64,000 bases of DNA, taken from assembly GCA_044222255.1 (NCBI GenBank), contig JBGANP010000007.1, positions 2,327 through 66,326 of the forward strand. Reading direction: 5' to 3'. Source of the DNA: Phycisphaerales bacterium (GTDB taxonomy: Bacteria > Planctomycetota > Phycisphaerae > Phycisphaerales > UBA1924). Of the stretch, positions 12,526 to 21,302 are shown piece after piece. The notes beneath the pieces are model-generated. The model had not been told where the DNA came from, made no database searches, and worked only from the letters and a program-made list of their open reading frames with translations. The stretch's first letter is position 1; each line of letters begins with the position of its first letter. A program made the position numbers and the translations under genes.

Positions 12526-12602
12526 GCTGCCCGTGCCACCCAAGGCAAGACCACGAGGCGCGGACACGCTGCCTGTGCCACCCGATGCGAGACCGCGCGA
12601 GT
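12526..12602. repeat. two imperfect ~35-nt direct repeats, 42-nt period, in a divergent intergenic region
   Basis: GCTGCCCGTGCCACCCAAGGCAAGACCACGAGGCG versus GCTGCCTGTGCCACCCGATGCGAGACCGCGCGAGT (about 27/35 identical). Confidence 0.6.
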
Positions 12603-12620
12603 CCCGCGTATCCTCGCGGC

Positions 12621-13100
12621 ATGACCACGCCCGAGTTGCAACTTCTCCTGCAGGCCGTCTCCTCCTCCGCCATCGCGGGCGGGCTGATCTACACCGCCAT
12701 GCAGTTCCGCAAGCAGCGGCAGGCCCAGCACTTCGCCAACTTCTCCAAGCTCGTGGAGATGCAGATGCACCTTCGGGAGATGCGGGTGAGCGATCCCTCG
12801 CTGGCGAACGTCTACACGGGGGATGTGCGCTTCGCGGACACTCTGCCCACCGAGGTCGAGCGGCAGCGGGCGATCCGCGAGTATTTCTTCAACCTCATGC
12901 AGCTCTCGGTCTTCGAGATCGTCTGGGTCGGGCATCGCGACGGGCAGGTGCCCGAGGACTACTTCCGCTCCTGGGAGAGCCGCATGCGCGACATCGTCGC
13001 CGAGCCCAGCTTCCAGGCGATGTGGCGATCACCGAGCATGAAGTTCATGCACGATGAGTTCCACCGGTACATGGAGGGGATGGTGGGGGAGAGCAAATAG
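12621..13100 (+). CDS. hypothetical protein with N-terminal TM helix
   Basis: MTTPELQLLLQAVSSSAIAGGLIYTAMQF... The upstream part of track ORF 12417 is repeat-derived and Arg/Pro/Cys-rich, so ATG 12621 is preferred. Confidence 0.55.
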   Translation: MTTPELQLLLQAVSSSAIAGGLIYTAMQFRKQRQAQHFANFSKLVEMQMHLREMRVSDPSLANVYTGDVRFADTLPTEVERQRAIREYFFNLMQLSVFEIVWVGHRDGQVPEDYFRSWESRMRDIVAEPSFQAMWRSPSMKFMHDEFHRYMEGMVGESK

Positions 13101-13127
13101 CACATGGCGGCGGCGACATAGCACGCC

Positions 13128-13145
13128 GCACCGGCGAAGGCCGGC
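13128..13145 (+). repeat. REP-like hairpin element, family B (GCACCGGCGAAGGCCGGC)
   Basis: Lies between convergent genes. Identical core to copies at 37785, 41980, 49071 and 49100. Confidence 0.6.
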
Positions 13146-14260
13146 TATAGGTAAAAGTACCACACATACCACATCGTCGCGAAGATGGCCACGCGGACGA
13201 TGTACGTCACGATCGACACCAGCCACGCCTCCTCCCAGTCCAGCTCCATCACCTGCATGAGCAGGCCGACGTAGATGATCGCCAGCAGCGGCCACGCGAT
13301 GAACCCGGGAATGAACGAGCGCAGCACCGCGCCGACGGCATCCGCGACCGCATACACACCCGCGAGCCGCACGAACGTCACGCCGAGGGGCTCATCGAAC
13401 CCGACGAAGGCGATGCTGCACCCGACATAGGCTGCGAAGCCGACCACGACGTTGATGATGAAATACGCGAGATACCACGCGGCCGTCCCGGCTCCTCCGG
13501 CGATGCCGCCGCCTCCCGCCGCGCCGACGACCGTGCTTGACATCATCCCCTGAATGAAGAAGACCACCACCGAGATCGCCAGCCCGATGCCGATCATGAT
13601 CGCGGGGCCGACGAACATGGACTTGAGCGTGTTCGCCTCGGTCTGCCGCGCGCGGAGCATCCGCGTGTTGATCGTCCCACACTCCGGGCAGCGGCCGGTC
13701 TTCGTGCCCGTCATGTCGTAGCCGCACTTCTTGCACGGTTTGGGGACGTGCGTCGCCGTCGGCTCCGCGCTTGGTGGGACCGCGGTGCCCTTGCCGATGT
13801 GGAAGCCCGTCTTGCGATTGAAGCCGCATCCGCGGCAGATGTCCGAGCCCGTACCGAAGGGGTGGCCGCAGTCCGGGCAGACGTTCAGATTCGCCAGGCC
13901 GATGGTCGCGGGCCGCGCGGCCGGGGCGGGATCATCCGCGAGCGCGAAGGTGCCATCATCGGGGTGCGGCGCTGCGGCCGGTTTCGGAGTCGCGGACGAG
14001 CCATCCGCACCGGAGGTGAGCGAGACCATGCCGGAGGCGACCGACCCGTGCGAATCCACCGTCGGACCCAGCTTCGCCGCGGCGAGTTGCCGCAGCGCGG
14101 CCCCGCACGGCTCGCAGAAGTATCGCCCCTTGGAGTCCTTAAGTCGCTTCGCGCTGGACACATCCGCGCCGCACTTCCCGCATGTCATCAACGCGCTGCT
14201 CATGCCGCCTCCATCGTCGCGGCATCTTCCCACAAGGAGCCGCACGATGCAACTCGGCAC
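13145..14260 (-). CDS. multi-zinc-ribbon N-terminal domain / polytopic membrane C-terminal domain protein
   Basis: Ribbons CGKCGADV...CEPCG, CPDCGHPFGTGSDICRGCGF and CKKCGYDMTGTKTGRCPECGT, then about 5 TM helices. The start may be ATG 14203 (MSSALMTCGKCG). Confidence 0.7.
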   Translation of the reverse strand: MPSCIVRLLVGRCRDDGGGMSSALMTCGKCGADVSSAKRLKDSKGRYFCEPCGAALRQLAAAKLGPTVDSHGSVASGMVSLTSGADGSSATPKPAAAPHPDDGTFALADDPAPAARPATIGLANLNVCPDCGHPFGTGSDICRGCGFNRKTGFHIGKGTAVPPSAEPTATHVPKPCKKCGYDMTGTKTGRCPECGTINTRMLRARQTEANTLKSMFVGPAIMIGIGLAISVVVFFIQGMMSSTVVGAAGGGGIAGGAGTAAWYLAYFIINVVVGFAAYVGCSIAFVGFDEPLGVTFVRLAGVYAVADAVGAVLRSFIPGFIAWPLLAIIYVGLLMQVMELDWEEAWLVSIVTYIVRVAIFATMWYVWYFYL

Positions 14261-14266
14261 ACCTTT

Positions 14267-15394
14267 TCATTCCAGCGCCAGCCCCGCCATCTTCCGCTCA
14301 TGCTCCAGCAACCACTGCTTGCGCCACAATCCTCCGCCGTACCCCGTGAGCGACCCGTCCGCGCCGATCACGCGATGGCAGGGCACCACGATGGCCAGGA
14401 AGTTCTCCCCATTCGCCCGCGCCACCGCCCGCACGGCCTCGCGCTTGCCGATCGCGGTGGCCTGCTGGCCGTAGCTGCGGGTCTCTCCGAGCGGGATGCG
14501 CCGCAGCTCCGCCCAGACCTCCTCCTGAAACGGCGTCCCGCTCGCCGCTAAGGGCACGGGGAACGGTTTGCCATCCTGCCCGAGCCAGCTCTTCCCTGCG
14601 AAGTACTTTCCCATCTCGCGCTCCACCGCATCCAGATACTTGTGATCCTGCACCACGATGTGCCCGAACCGCTTCCGCAGCCGCTCGATCTGCCGCTCGA
14701 GTCCCCGGCGGTCCACGAAGTCCAGCGCTCGCAGGCCGGTGTCATCCACCAGCGCAAGCAGCGGCCCGATCGGCGTCTCCAACCACCGCGCCGACAATGC
14801 GTGCAACTCCTCGCCGCGCCCGCCCGCCGGGGGCGTCCCGAAGAGCCGATGGAACGCCTCACGAAACGCCGAGTCCGATTGCAACCCTGACTGCATCTTC
14901 GCCTCTCCCATCTTCCGGCCGCTCCGCACCGCCGCGAGAGCCAAGCCCATCCGCCGCGCCCGCGCATACTGCTGGAACGTGCTCCCGTAGTGCTGCTGAA
15001 AGAGCCGTCGCACCGTTGATGGATCAAGCCCGCGCTCCCGCAGGTCTCCATCGCGCAGTCGAATCGCGGGCTGGTCATCCGCCTCGCGCTTCAGCTTCAC
15101 CAACCACCCCGGCGCGGCCTTCACCGTCCCGACATCCTCCATCGGCCGACACACCTTGCACGATCGATACCCCGCGAACATCGCCTCCTTCGGCGTCCCG
15201 AAAAACTCCACGTTCTCGCGCTTCGGCTTCCGCGCCGTGCAGGTGAAGCGGCAGAAGATCCCCGTCGTCTTCACTCCCACCACCGCGCGCCCGTCGAACG
15301 CCGCATCCTTCTCAATCAGTGCGCGATACAGCCGCGCGGGTGTGCCGCTCAACTGCGCCCTCGGCTCCAGAGTTGTCATGGCTGCGGCTGTCAT
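14267..15394 (-). CDS. ada: bifunctional Ada-type regulator / methylated-DNA-protein-cysteine methyltransferase
   Basis: N-terminal Ada Zn domain (FCRFTCTARKPKRENV...CKVCRP), AraC-type HTH, C-terminal MGMT active site VPCHRVIGADGSLTGYGGG. Start at MTAAAMTTLEP. Confidence 0.85.
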   Translation of the reverse strand: MTAAAMTTLEPRAQLSGTPARLYRALIEKDAAFDGRAVVGVKTTGIFCRFTCTARKPKRENVEFFGTPKEAMFAGYRSCKVCRPMEDVGTVKAAPGWLVKLKREADDQPAIRLRDGDLRERGLDPSTVRRLFQQHYGSTFQQYARARRMGLALAAVRSGRKMGEAKMQSGLQSDSAFREAFHRLFGTPPAGGRGEELHALSARWLETPIGPLLALVDDTGLRALDFVDRRGLERQIERLRKRFGHIVVQDHKYLDAVEREMGKYFAGKSWLGQDGKPFPVPLAASGTPFQEEVWAELRRIPLGETRSYGQQATAIGKREAVRAVARANGENFLAIVVPCHRVIGADGSLTGYGGGLWRKQWLLEHERKMAGLALE

Positions 15395-15659
15395 GGAATG
15401 AACTGTTGCCCCTTCCGCCCGTGCCGCCACCGGTTTTCGCGCACCCATGTCGGGTTCTCCGCCTCCGCCACCGCGCAACCGCTCGCCTTTGCACACAGTA
15501 CGGGGCCCGACCCAACCTGTAGTACCGAACCCCCCGCAAAGACTCAATCAACAGTGGTAGAGCCGCTTGTGCCCCACCCGATTGTAAAGGAGACTACTTG
15601 CGTCAGAGCGTGACAAGTGACCCGGATTAGCAAGCGACCCACAGCACAGGAGGCCCCCG

Positions 15660-16625
15660 ATGAACGACCTTCAGAGCACCGTGTGGACCAAGCTTCAGCA
15701 GTACCGGATCGATGAACTGGTGGATGGCAAACCACCCGCGTTTCCCTTCGAACGCCGCCTTGCCCGCGAGAATGGTTGGACCCTCGACTATGCCACCCGC
15801 GTCGTCGATGAGTACAAGAAGTTCCTCTACCTCGCCCTCTTCGGCGGCCACCCCGTCTGCCCCAGCGATGAGGTCGATCAGTGCTGGCACATGCACATGA
15901 CCTTCACCCGCTCGTACTGGGACCGGCTCTGCAAGGACATCCTCGGCATGCCGATCCACCACGACCCCTCACGCGGCGGGAAATCCGAAGACACCAAGCA
16001 CGACGACATGTACGCAAAAACCAAGCTCGCGTACGAACGCATCTTCGGCACCAAGCCGCCAGAAGACATCTGGCCCTCATCGGAGCGCCGCTTCGATCAC
16101 TCCAAGCGATTCCGGCGCGTTGATCGCTCCACTGTCTACATGATCCCCAAACAACGGATTCATCAGGCCGCGATGATCGCCGGCGGCGTGTTCCTGAGCG
16201 GAACGATCGCGGGATGCTCACGAGCCGTTGGCGGAAACGGAGTCTCCGTGATCCTCATCTTCCTCGGCATCATCGCCTTCCTCGCCGTGATGTCGCTCAT
16301 CTTCCGCGCGGCACGACACACTCGCAGCAGCGGATGCACCTCTTCCAGCGGATGCGGCGGCGGCTGGTTCTTCGGGAGTGACACGGGAACTTCCAGGGAT
16401 TCCGGAATCCACCATGGTGGCGATCATCACGGCCACCACGGACACGGCTCGCACGACAGCAGCGGCGGCCACGACGGTGGCGGTCACGGTGGTCATGGCG
16501 GCGACAGCGGCGGCAGCGATGGCGGTGGAGGCGGAAATGACGGTGGAGGAAGCGGGTGCGGTGGCGGAGGCGATGGCGGCGGAGGTGGCTGTGGTGGCGG
16601 AGGTTGCGGCGGCGGCGGAGACTGA
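15660..16625 (+). CDS. glycine-rich-domain (GRDP/DUF1399-like, TIGR04222-like) membrane protein with Gly/His/Cys tail
   Basis: DEVDQCWHMHMTFTRSYWDRLC...IHHDP core, TM helices, C-terminal GGHDGGGHGGHGGDSGG...GCGGGGCGGGGD low-complexity tail. Confidence 0.75.
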   Translation: MNDLQSTVWTKLQQYRIDELVDGKPPAFPFERRLARENGWTLDYATRVVDEYKKFLYLALFGGHPVCPSDEVDQCWHMHMTFTRSYWDRLCKDILGMPIHHDPSRGGKSEDTKHDDMYAKTKLAYERIFGTKPPEDIWPSSERRFDHSKRFRRVDRSTVYMIPKQRIHQAAMIAGGVFLSGTIAGCSRAVGGNGVSVILIFLGIIAFLAVMSLIFRAARHTRSSGCTSSSGCGGGWFFGSDTGTSRDSGIHHGGDHHGHHGHGSHDSSGGHDGGGHGGHGGDSGGSDGGGGGNDGGGSGCGGGGDGGGGGCGGGGCGGGGD

Positions 16626-16676
16626 CAGACTCGTGGCGCCACTCACACGCGATTCCACAGACATCTCGCGACTTTC

Positions 16677-16710
16677 GCCGACATCCCCCTTGAACTGTCG
16701 GCGTTTGTTT
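16677..16710 (+). terminator. intrinsic terminator-like hairpin
   Basis: GCCGACA-13 nt-TGTCGGC followed by GTTTGTTT. Confidence 0.5.
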
Positions 16711-16724
16711 GGTACCGTCCCGCC

Positions 16725-19178
16725 TTGCCATCTCCCGCCGCAACAACTCCCACTCGCGCCGATGCCGCCCTCCGCGCCCGCATCAGCGCCACGCTCACCT
16801 CCCTCTGGGGCTTCACCGAACTCCGCCCCATGCAGTTCGACGCGGTAAAGGCCGCGCTCGCCAATCGCGATGCCCTCGTCGTCCTCCCCACCGGCGGCGG
16901 CAAATCCCTCTGCTATCAACTCCCCCCGCTCCTCCGCGATCCCGGCCAGCCCTCGCTCTGCATCGTCGTCTCCCCGCTCATCGCGTTGATGAAGGATCAG
17001 GTCGATGGCCTCAAGCTCGCCGGATATCCCGCCGCCGCGCTCCACTCCGGCGTCTCTTACGAAGACTCCGCGGATGTTCGCCGCGAGGTCGAAAGCGGCA
17101 CGACCAAACTCCTCCTCGTCGCCCCCGAGCGTCTCCTCGGCGACGGCTTCCTCGCCTGGCTCGTCCGCCTCGGCCAGAAAAACCCATCCCGCGGCGTCGC
17201 CAGCATCGCCATCGATGAGGCCCACTGCATCAGCCAGTGGGGCCACGACTTCCGCCCCGAATACCGCCGCATCGCCGAACTCCGCGAAGCCCTCCCCGGC
17301 GTCCCCGTGCAGGCCTTCACCGCCACCGCCACGCCGCGTGTCCGCGAAGACATCATCGCGCAGCTGCACATGCGCGATCCCGCCGAGCTCGTCGGCACCT
17401 TCGATCGCCCGAACCTCACGTACCGAGTCATTCCTCGCAGCGGCAGCGGGATCGACCAGATCGAGGATGTCCTCCGACGCCACCAAGGCACCACCAACGA
17501 ATCCGGCGAAGCCGCCATCGTCTACTGCATGAGCCGCAAGCAGACCGAGGAGGTCGCCTCCGAACTCACCTCGCGCGGCCTGAAAGCCGAGGCCTACCAC
17601 GCCGGCATGGACCACCGCGCCCGCCATCGCGTGCAGGAGGCCTTCTCCTCCGAGCGTCTCAACATCGTCGTCGCCACCGTCGCCTTCGGCATGGGTATCG
17701 ACCGCGGCGATGTCCGCTGTGTCATCCACGCTTCGAGCCCGAAATCCGTCGAGGCCTATCAGCAGGAAACCGGCCGCGCGGGCCGCGACGGCCTCCCCGC
17801 CGAGTGCGTCCTGCTCTACTCCGGCGCGGATGCGATGAAGTGGAACAACCTCATCGACCGCAGCGCGGGCGAGAGCGAAGTCCACGTTCCCTACGAAGTC
17901 ATCCAAGCCAGCAAAGACCTCGTCAACCAGATGCAGCGTCTAGCCGCGAGCACCCGCTGCCGCCACCGCGCCCTCAGCGAGTACTTCGGCCAGGAATACG
18001 TACCACCATCATGCAGTACCCCCGCGGTCACGCGGGGGCCACATGGCACCCAGACCGCAGCCGATGCCCCTGCACCAACCGCTTCCGAATCCACTTCTCC
18101 ATCGTCCTCCTCCTGCAACGCCTGCGACGTCTGCCTCAACGAGCTCGAGCAGGAGCCCGACTCCACCACCATCGCCCGAAAAATCCTCTCCTGCGTCGCC
18201 CGCCTGCGGGGAATGCGAGAAGACTCCTTCGGTGCCGTGTACATCGCCGATGTCCTCCGCGGCGCAGGCATCGCCAAAGTCATCGAGCGCCAGCACCATC
18301 TCCTCACCACCTTCGGCCTCCTCAAGGAGTTGCCCAAGGACACCATCGTCAACCACATCAGCCAGCTCGTCGACCTTGGCGTCCTCGCCCGCGCCGCTGG
18401 CGAATATCCCACCATCCAGCTCACCGCCCATTCCGCCGCCGTCCTCAAAGGCGAACGCCCCATCACCCTCTTCCGCGCCAAGGCCGCCGAGCAGGTCGCC
18501 GGCGCTGAACGCAAACGCGGCAAGCTCGACTACTCCGGCGCAACCTCGGCTCCCCTCAACGATCAGGAAAAAGCCCTCTTCGAGCATCTCCGCCAGATCC
18601 GCCGCGCCATCGCCGACAAACTCGGCGTTCCCCCATACGTCGTCTTCAGCGATGCACCGCTCGAAGAGATGGCCCGCGTCCGCCCCGGCTCCCTCGCCAC
18701 TTTCGCCAGCATCCGCGGCGTCGGCCGCTCCAAGCTCGAACAGTTCGGCGAACGATTCGTCGAAGCCATCCGCGAGCACTGCGAGGCCGTCGCCATCCCG
18801 CTCGATGTCGGCACCGGCTCTCGCCCGCGCCCCACGCTCTCCGAGCGTGCCGGTCAACTCCCGACCTCGGCCACCGATTCCAAGAAACGCGCCTTCGAGA
18901 TGTTCGCTCGCGGCATGGGCGTCGAAGATGTCGCCGCCCAGATCGGCCGCGCCCGCTCCACCACCAGCGAGTACCTCTTCGAGTTCGTCGAAATGAAACA
19001 ACCCAGAGACATCTCCCCCTGGGTCAGCGCGGCGGACTACACCCGCATCCTCGAATCCGTTGGTCGCCTCAAAGCCGAACGCCTCAAGCCCATCTTTGAT
19101 GATCTCGGCGGCACCATCGGCTACGACCAGATTCGGCTGACCCTCTGGCACCGCGGCAACGCCCTACCCGCGTACTGA
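16725..19178 (+). CDS. recQ: ATP-dependent DNA helicase RecQ (with HRDC and C-terminal HTH module)
   Basis: IAIDEAHCISQWGHDFRPEY (DEAH box), FTATATPRV, RQC region, HRDC (LFEHLRQIRRAIADKLGVPPYVVFSD). Confidence 0.93.
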   Translation: MPSPAATTPTRADAALRARISATLTSLWGFTELRPMQFDAVKAALANRDALVVLPTGGGKSLCYQLPPLLRDPGQPSLCIVVSPLIALMKDQVDGLKLAGYPAAALHSGVSYEDSADVRREVESGTTKLLLVAPERLLGDGFLAWLVRLGQKNPSRGVASIAIDEAHCISQWGHDFRPEYRRIAELREALPGVPVQAFTATATPRVREDIIAQLHMRDPAELVGTFDRPNLTYRVIPRSGSGIDQIEDVLRRHQGTTNESGEAAIVYCMSRKQTEEVASELTSRGLKAEAYHAGMDHRARHRVQEAFSSERLNIVVATVAFGMGIDRGDVRCVIHASSPKSVEAYQQETGRAGRDGLPAECVLLYSGADAMKWNNLIDRSAGESEVHVPYEVIQASKDLVNQMQRLAASTRCRHRALSEYFGQEYVPPSCSTPAVTRGPHGTQTAADAPAPTASESTSPSSSSCNACDVCLNELEQEPDSTTIARKILSCVARLRGMREDSFGAVYIADVLRGAGIAKVIERQHHLLTTFGLLKELPKDTIVNHISQLVDLGVLARAAGEYPTIQLTAHSAAVLKGERPITLFRAKAAEQVAGAERKRGKLDYSGATSAPLNDQEKALFEHLRQIRRAIADKLGVPPYVVFSDAPLEEMARVRPGSLATFASIRGVGRSKLEQFGERFVEAIREHCEAVAIPLDVGTGSRPRPTLSERAGQLPTSATDSKKRAFEMFARGMGVEDVAAQIGRARSTTSEYLFEFVEMKQPRDISPWVSAADYTRILESVGRLKAERLKPIFDDLGGTIGYDQIRLTLWHRGNALPAY

Positions 19179-19356
19179 CACTTTCTTCGCGGCATTTTTG
19201 TGGGATTGTACGGGTTCCTTTAGGAATTCCCGGCATTTCCCACCTCCGACTTCCCCCCTCCCACTTCCCACCCTACCCTCACCTCCCCACGGCGTGCCGG
19301 GCATGCAAGCAGGGTGACTTTCACCCCCCCGTCGAGCGTGGACGTGTTCAGAAAGG

Positions 19357-19692
19357 ATGGCATCCATGTACGCCATCATCACCGAAGGCGGCGGCCAGCG
19401 CAAGGTCGCCCAAGGCGAAGAGTTCCTCGCAGACCTCATCGACGGCGGCTCCGTCCAGGTCGGCAAGGCCGTGAAGTTTGACAAGGTCCTCCTCGTCGGC
19501 ACCGCAGGCGGCTCCGCCAAGTTCGGCAAGCCCTACGTCGCAGGCGCCTCCGTCACCGCCGAAGTCGTCGAAGCCGTTGTCATGGGCGAGAAGCTCTTCG
19601 TCCAGTACTTCCAGGCCAAGAAGGGCTCCCGCAGCCGCGTCGGCCACCGCCAGCGCTACACCAAGCTGAAGGTCACCGCCATCAACGGCTGA
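19357..19692 (+). CDS. rplU: 50S ribosomal protein L21
   Basis: MYAIITEGGGQRKVAQGEEF...GHRQRYTKLKVTAI. The start may be 19366. Confidence 0.9.
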   Translation: MASMYAIITEGGGQRKVAQGEEFLADLIDGGSVQVGKAVKFDKVLLVGTAGGSAKFGKPYVAGASVTAEVVEAVVMGEKLFVQYFQAKKGSRSRVGHRQRYTKLKVTAING

Positions 19693-19693
19693 T

Positions 19694-19720
19694 CAGAGGC
19701 TCGGGCGCAAGCCCGGGCAC
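19694..19720 (+). repeat. REP-like hairpin element, family A (CAGAGGCtCGGGCGCAAGCCCGGGCAC)
   Basis: 26/27 identical to 34319-34345. 8-bp stem with GCAA loop, 2 nt after the rplU stop. Confidence 0.65.
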
Positions 19721-19748
19721 GGCGACCCGCATCTCCAATCCCACCCAA

Positions 19749-19779
19749 GGCCCAGCATCCCGCTGGGCCTTGTTTATTT
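19749..19779. terminator. intrinsic terminator between convergent genes
   Basis: GGCCCAGC-loop-GCTGGGCC followed by TTGTTTATTT. Confidence 0.7.
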
Positions 19780-19787
19780 GACGCGTA

Positions 19788-20075
19788 TCACTTCTTCTGC
19801 ATCCCCTGCACCATCTTGATCACCCGCGCGATAAAACCCATCCCCATCATCGCCGACCCCACCATCAGTGGCGGAATCCCGCACGCCCCGATGATCACAA
19901 AGTGAATCATCCGATCCGACACGCCCTTCTCCCCGCCTTCCGGAGTGTCCAGCGGCGCATCAATCGCGCTCGAGTACATCCCCACAAACTCCTTGAGCGC
20001 AAACCCAATCCCATACAGCACTACCGCCAGCCCGCCGACAAAGAGCACAAGCGCGATGATCGTGCGGATCTTCAT
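19788..20075 (-). CDS. small membrane protein
   Basis: MKIRTIIALVLFVGGLAVVLYGIGF... The ATGA start/stop overlaps the upstream gene. Confidence 0.5.
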   Translation of the reverse strand: MKIRTIIALVLFVGGLAVVLYGIGFALKEFVGMYSSAIDAPLDTPEGGEKGVSDRMIHFVIIGACGIPPLMVGSAMMGMGFIARVIKMVQGMQKK

Positions 20076-20410
20076 GGCTGTGGATCCTTCGGGCCCGTCG
20101 AAAGCGACTCCCCATTCGCCACGTCCCTCCGTCCCTCCGCGATAATCCTCGCACACCCAACCGCGACAATCACGATCCCCAAATACTGCAGTACCGCATG
20201 CGCCGACGCAAACATCATCCCGATGTTGCGTCCGAGCAGCGTGCGACCAGTCTCGAAGTCACCGCGCTGCACGTTGGACCAGAATGTCCAAGCCAGATAC
20301 ACCACACCCGCCACAAGCAACACCACCAGCCCATCGACCACCAGCCGTGTGGCCCGCCGAACTGCGAACCAATCCGCCGCCCATTCCCAGATCGTGCGGT
20401 TCTCATTCAT
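20072..20410 (-). CDS. small membrane protein
   Basis: MNENRTIWEWAADWF..., 2-3 hydrophobic helices, translationally coupled to the next gene. Confidence 0.5.
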   Translation of the reverse strand: MNENRTIWEWAADWFAVRRATRLVVDGLVVLLVAGVVYLAWTFWSNVQRGDFETGRTLLGRNIGMMFASAHAVLQYLGIVIVAVGCARIIAEGRRDVANGESLSTGPKDPQP

Positions 20411-20452
20411 GCCGCCAGTGTACAGAACCTCACCCCGCCCCGCGTTTCATAC

Positions 20453-21271
20453 TCACTTGCTCACCGTCCGCTGCTCAATCCGCTTTTCCGGCACTGTCTT
20501 CACAACCCGGTCCACATAGCTCCCCGGCGTGTGCACCGCATCACCATCGATTTCCCCCGTCCCCACGATCTCCTCCACCTCCGCGATCACGAATGCCGCG
20601 GCGCTCGCCATCATCGGATTGAAGTTCCGCGCGGTCTTGCGATACACCAGATTCCCAAACCCGTCCGCCGTATGCGCCTTCACCAGAGCCAGGTCCGCGT
20701 ACAGCCCCGTCTCCAGCACGTACTCCCGCCGGCGGGCATGAGCGTCATCGCGCGGCCGGACGCGCGACTCCATCGCCGCATACGTCCCGGTCGTCGCCGT
20801 TGGTGTCCGGTTGTGATGAACGCTGTCGTCCATCGGCCTGTAGAACTCGCGGATCTCCTTCCCCGCCGCCACGGGCGTGCCGACACCCGTCGCGGTGTAG
20901 AACGCCGGAATGCCCGCGCCACCCGCGCGGATCCGCTCCGCCAGCGTCCCCTGCGGATTGAACTCCACCTCGAGTTCGCCCTTCAGAAACTGCTGCTCGA
21001 AGGTCGCGTTCTCGCCCACATACGACGAGATCATCTTCCTGATCTGCCGCGTCTGCAACAGCAGCCCCAGCCCGAAGTCATCCACTCCCGCGTTGTTCGA
21101 GATGCACGTCAGCCCTTTCACCCCGCTGTCGCGCAGCGCAACAATCAGATGCTCGGGAATCCCGCACAGCCCGAACCCCCCCACCATCACCGTGATCCCA
21201 TCGCGCAGCACGCCCTTGCTCTTCAGGTCCGCGAACGCCGCCGCCGCCGTCTCGAATCGCTTCTGGTTCAT
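20453..21271 (-). CDS. scoA: CoA transferase subunit A (3-oxoacid CoA-transferase A-like) with internal insertion
   Basis: GGFGLCGIPE, SYVGEN, TLAERIRAGGAGIPAFYT, RKTARNFNP. Start at MNQKRFE (ATG 21271). Confidence 0.85.
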   Translation of the reverse strand: MNQKRFETAAAAFADLKSKGVLRDGITVMVGGFGLCGIPEHLIVALRDSGVKGLTCISNNAGVDDFGLGLLLQTRQIRKMISSYVGENATFEQQFLKGELEVEFNPQGTLAERIRAGGAGIPAFYTATGVGTPVAAGKEIREFYRPMDDSVHHNRTPTATTGTYAAMESRVRPRDDAHARRREYVLETGLYADLALVKAHTADGFGNLVYRKTARNFNPMMASAAAFVIAEVEEIVGTGEIDGDAVHTPGSYVDRVVKTVPEKRIEQRTVSK

Positions 21272-21302
21272 AGCCGCGCAGTGTAGCGTGGTGCCCGCGG
21301 AT

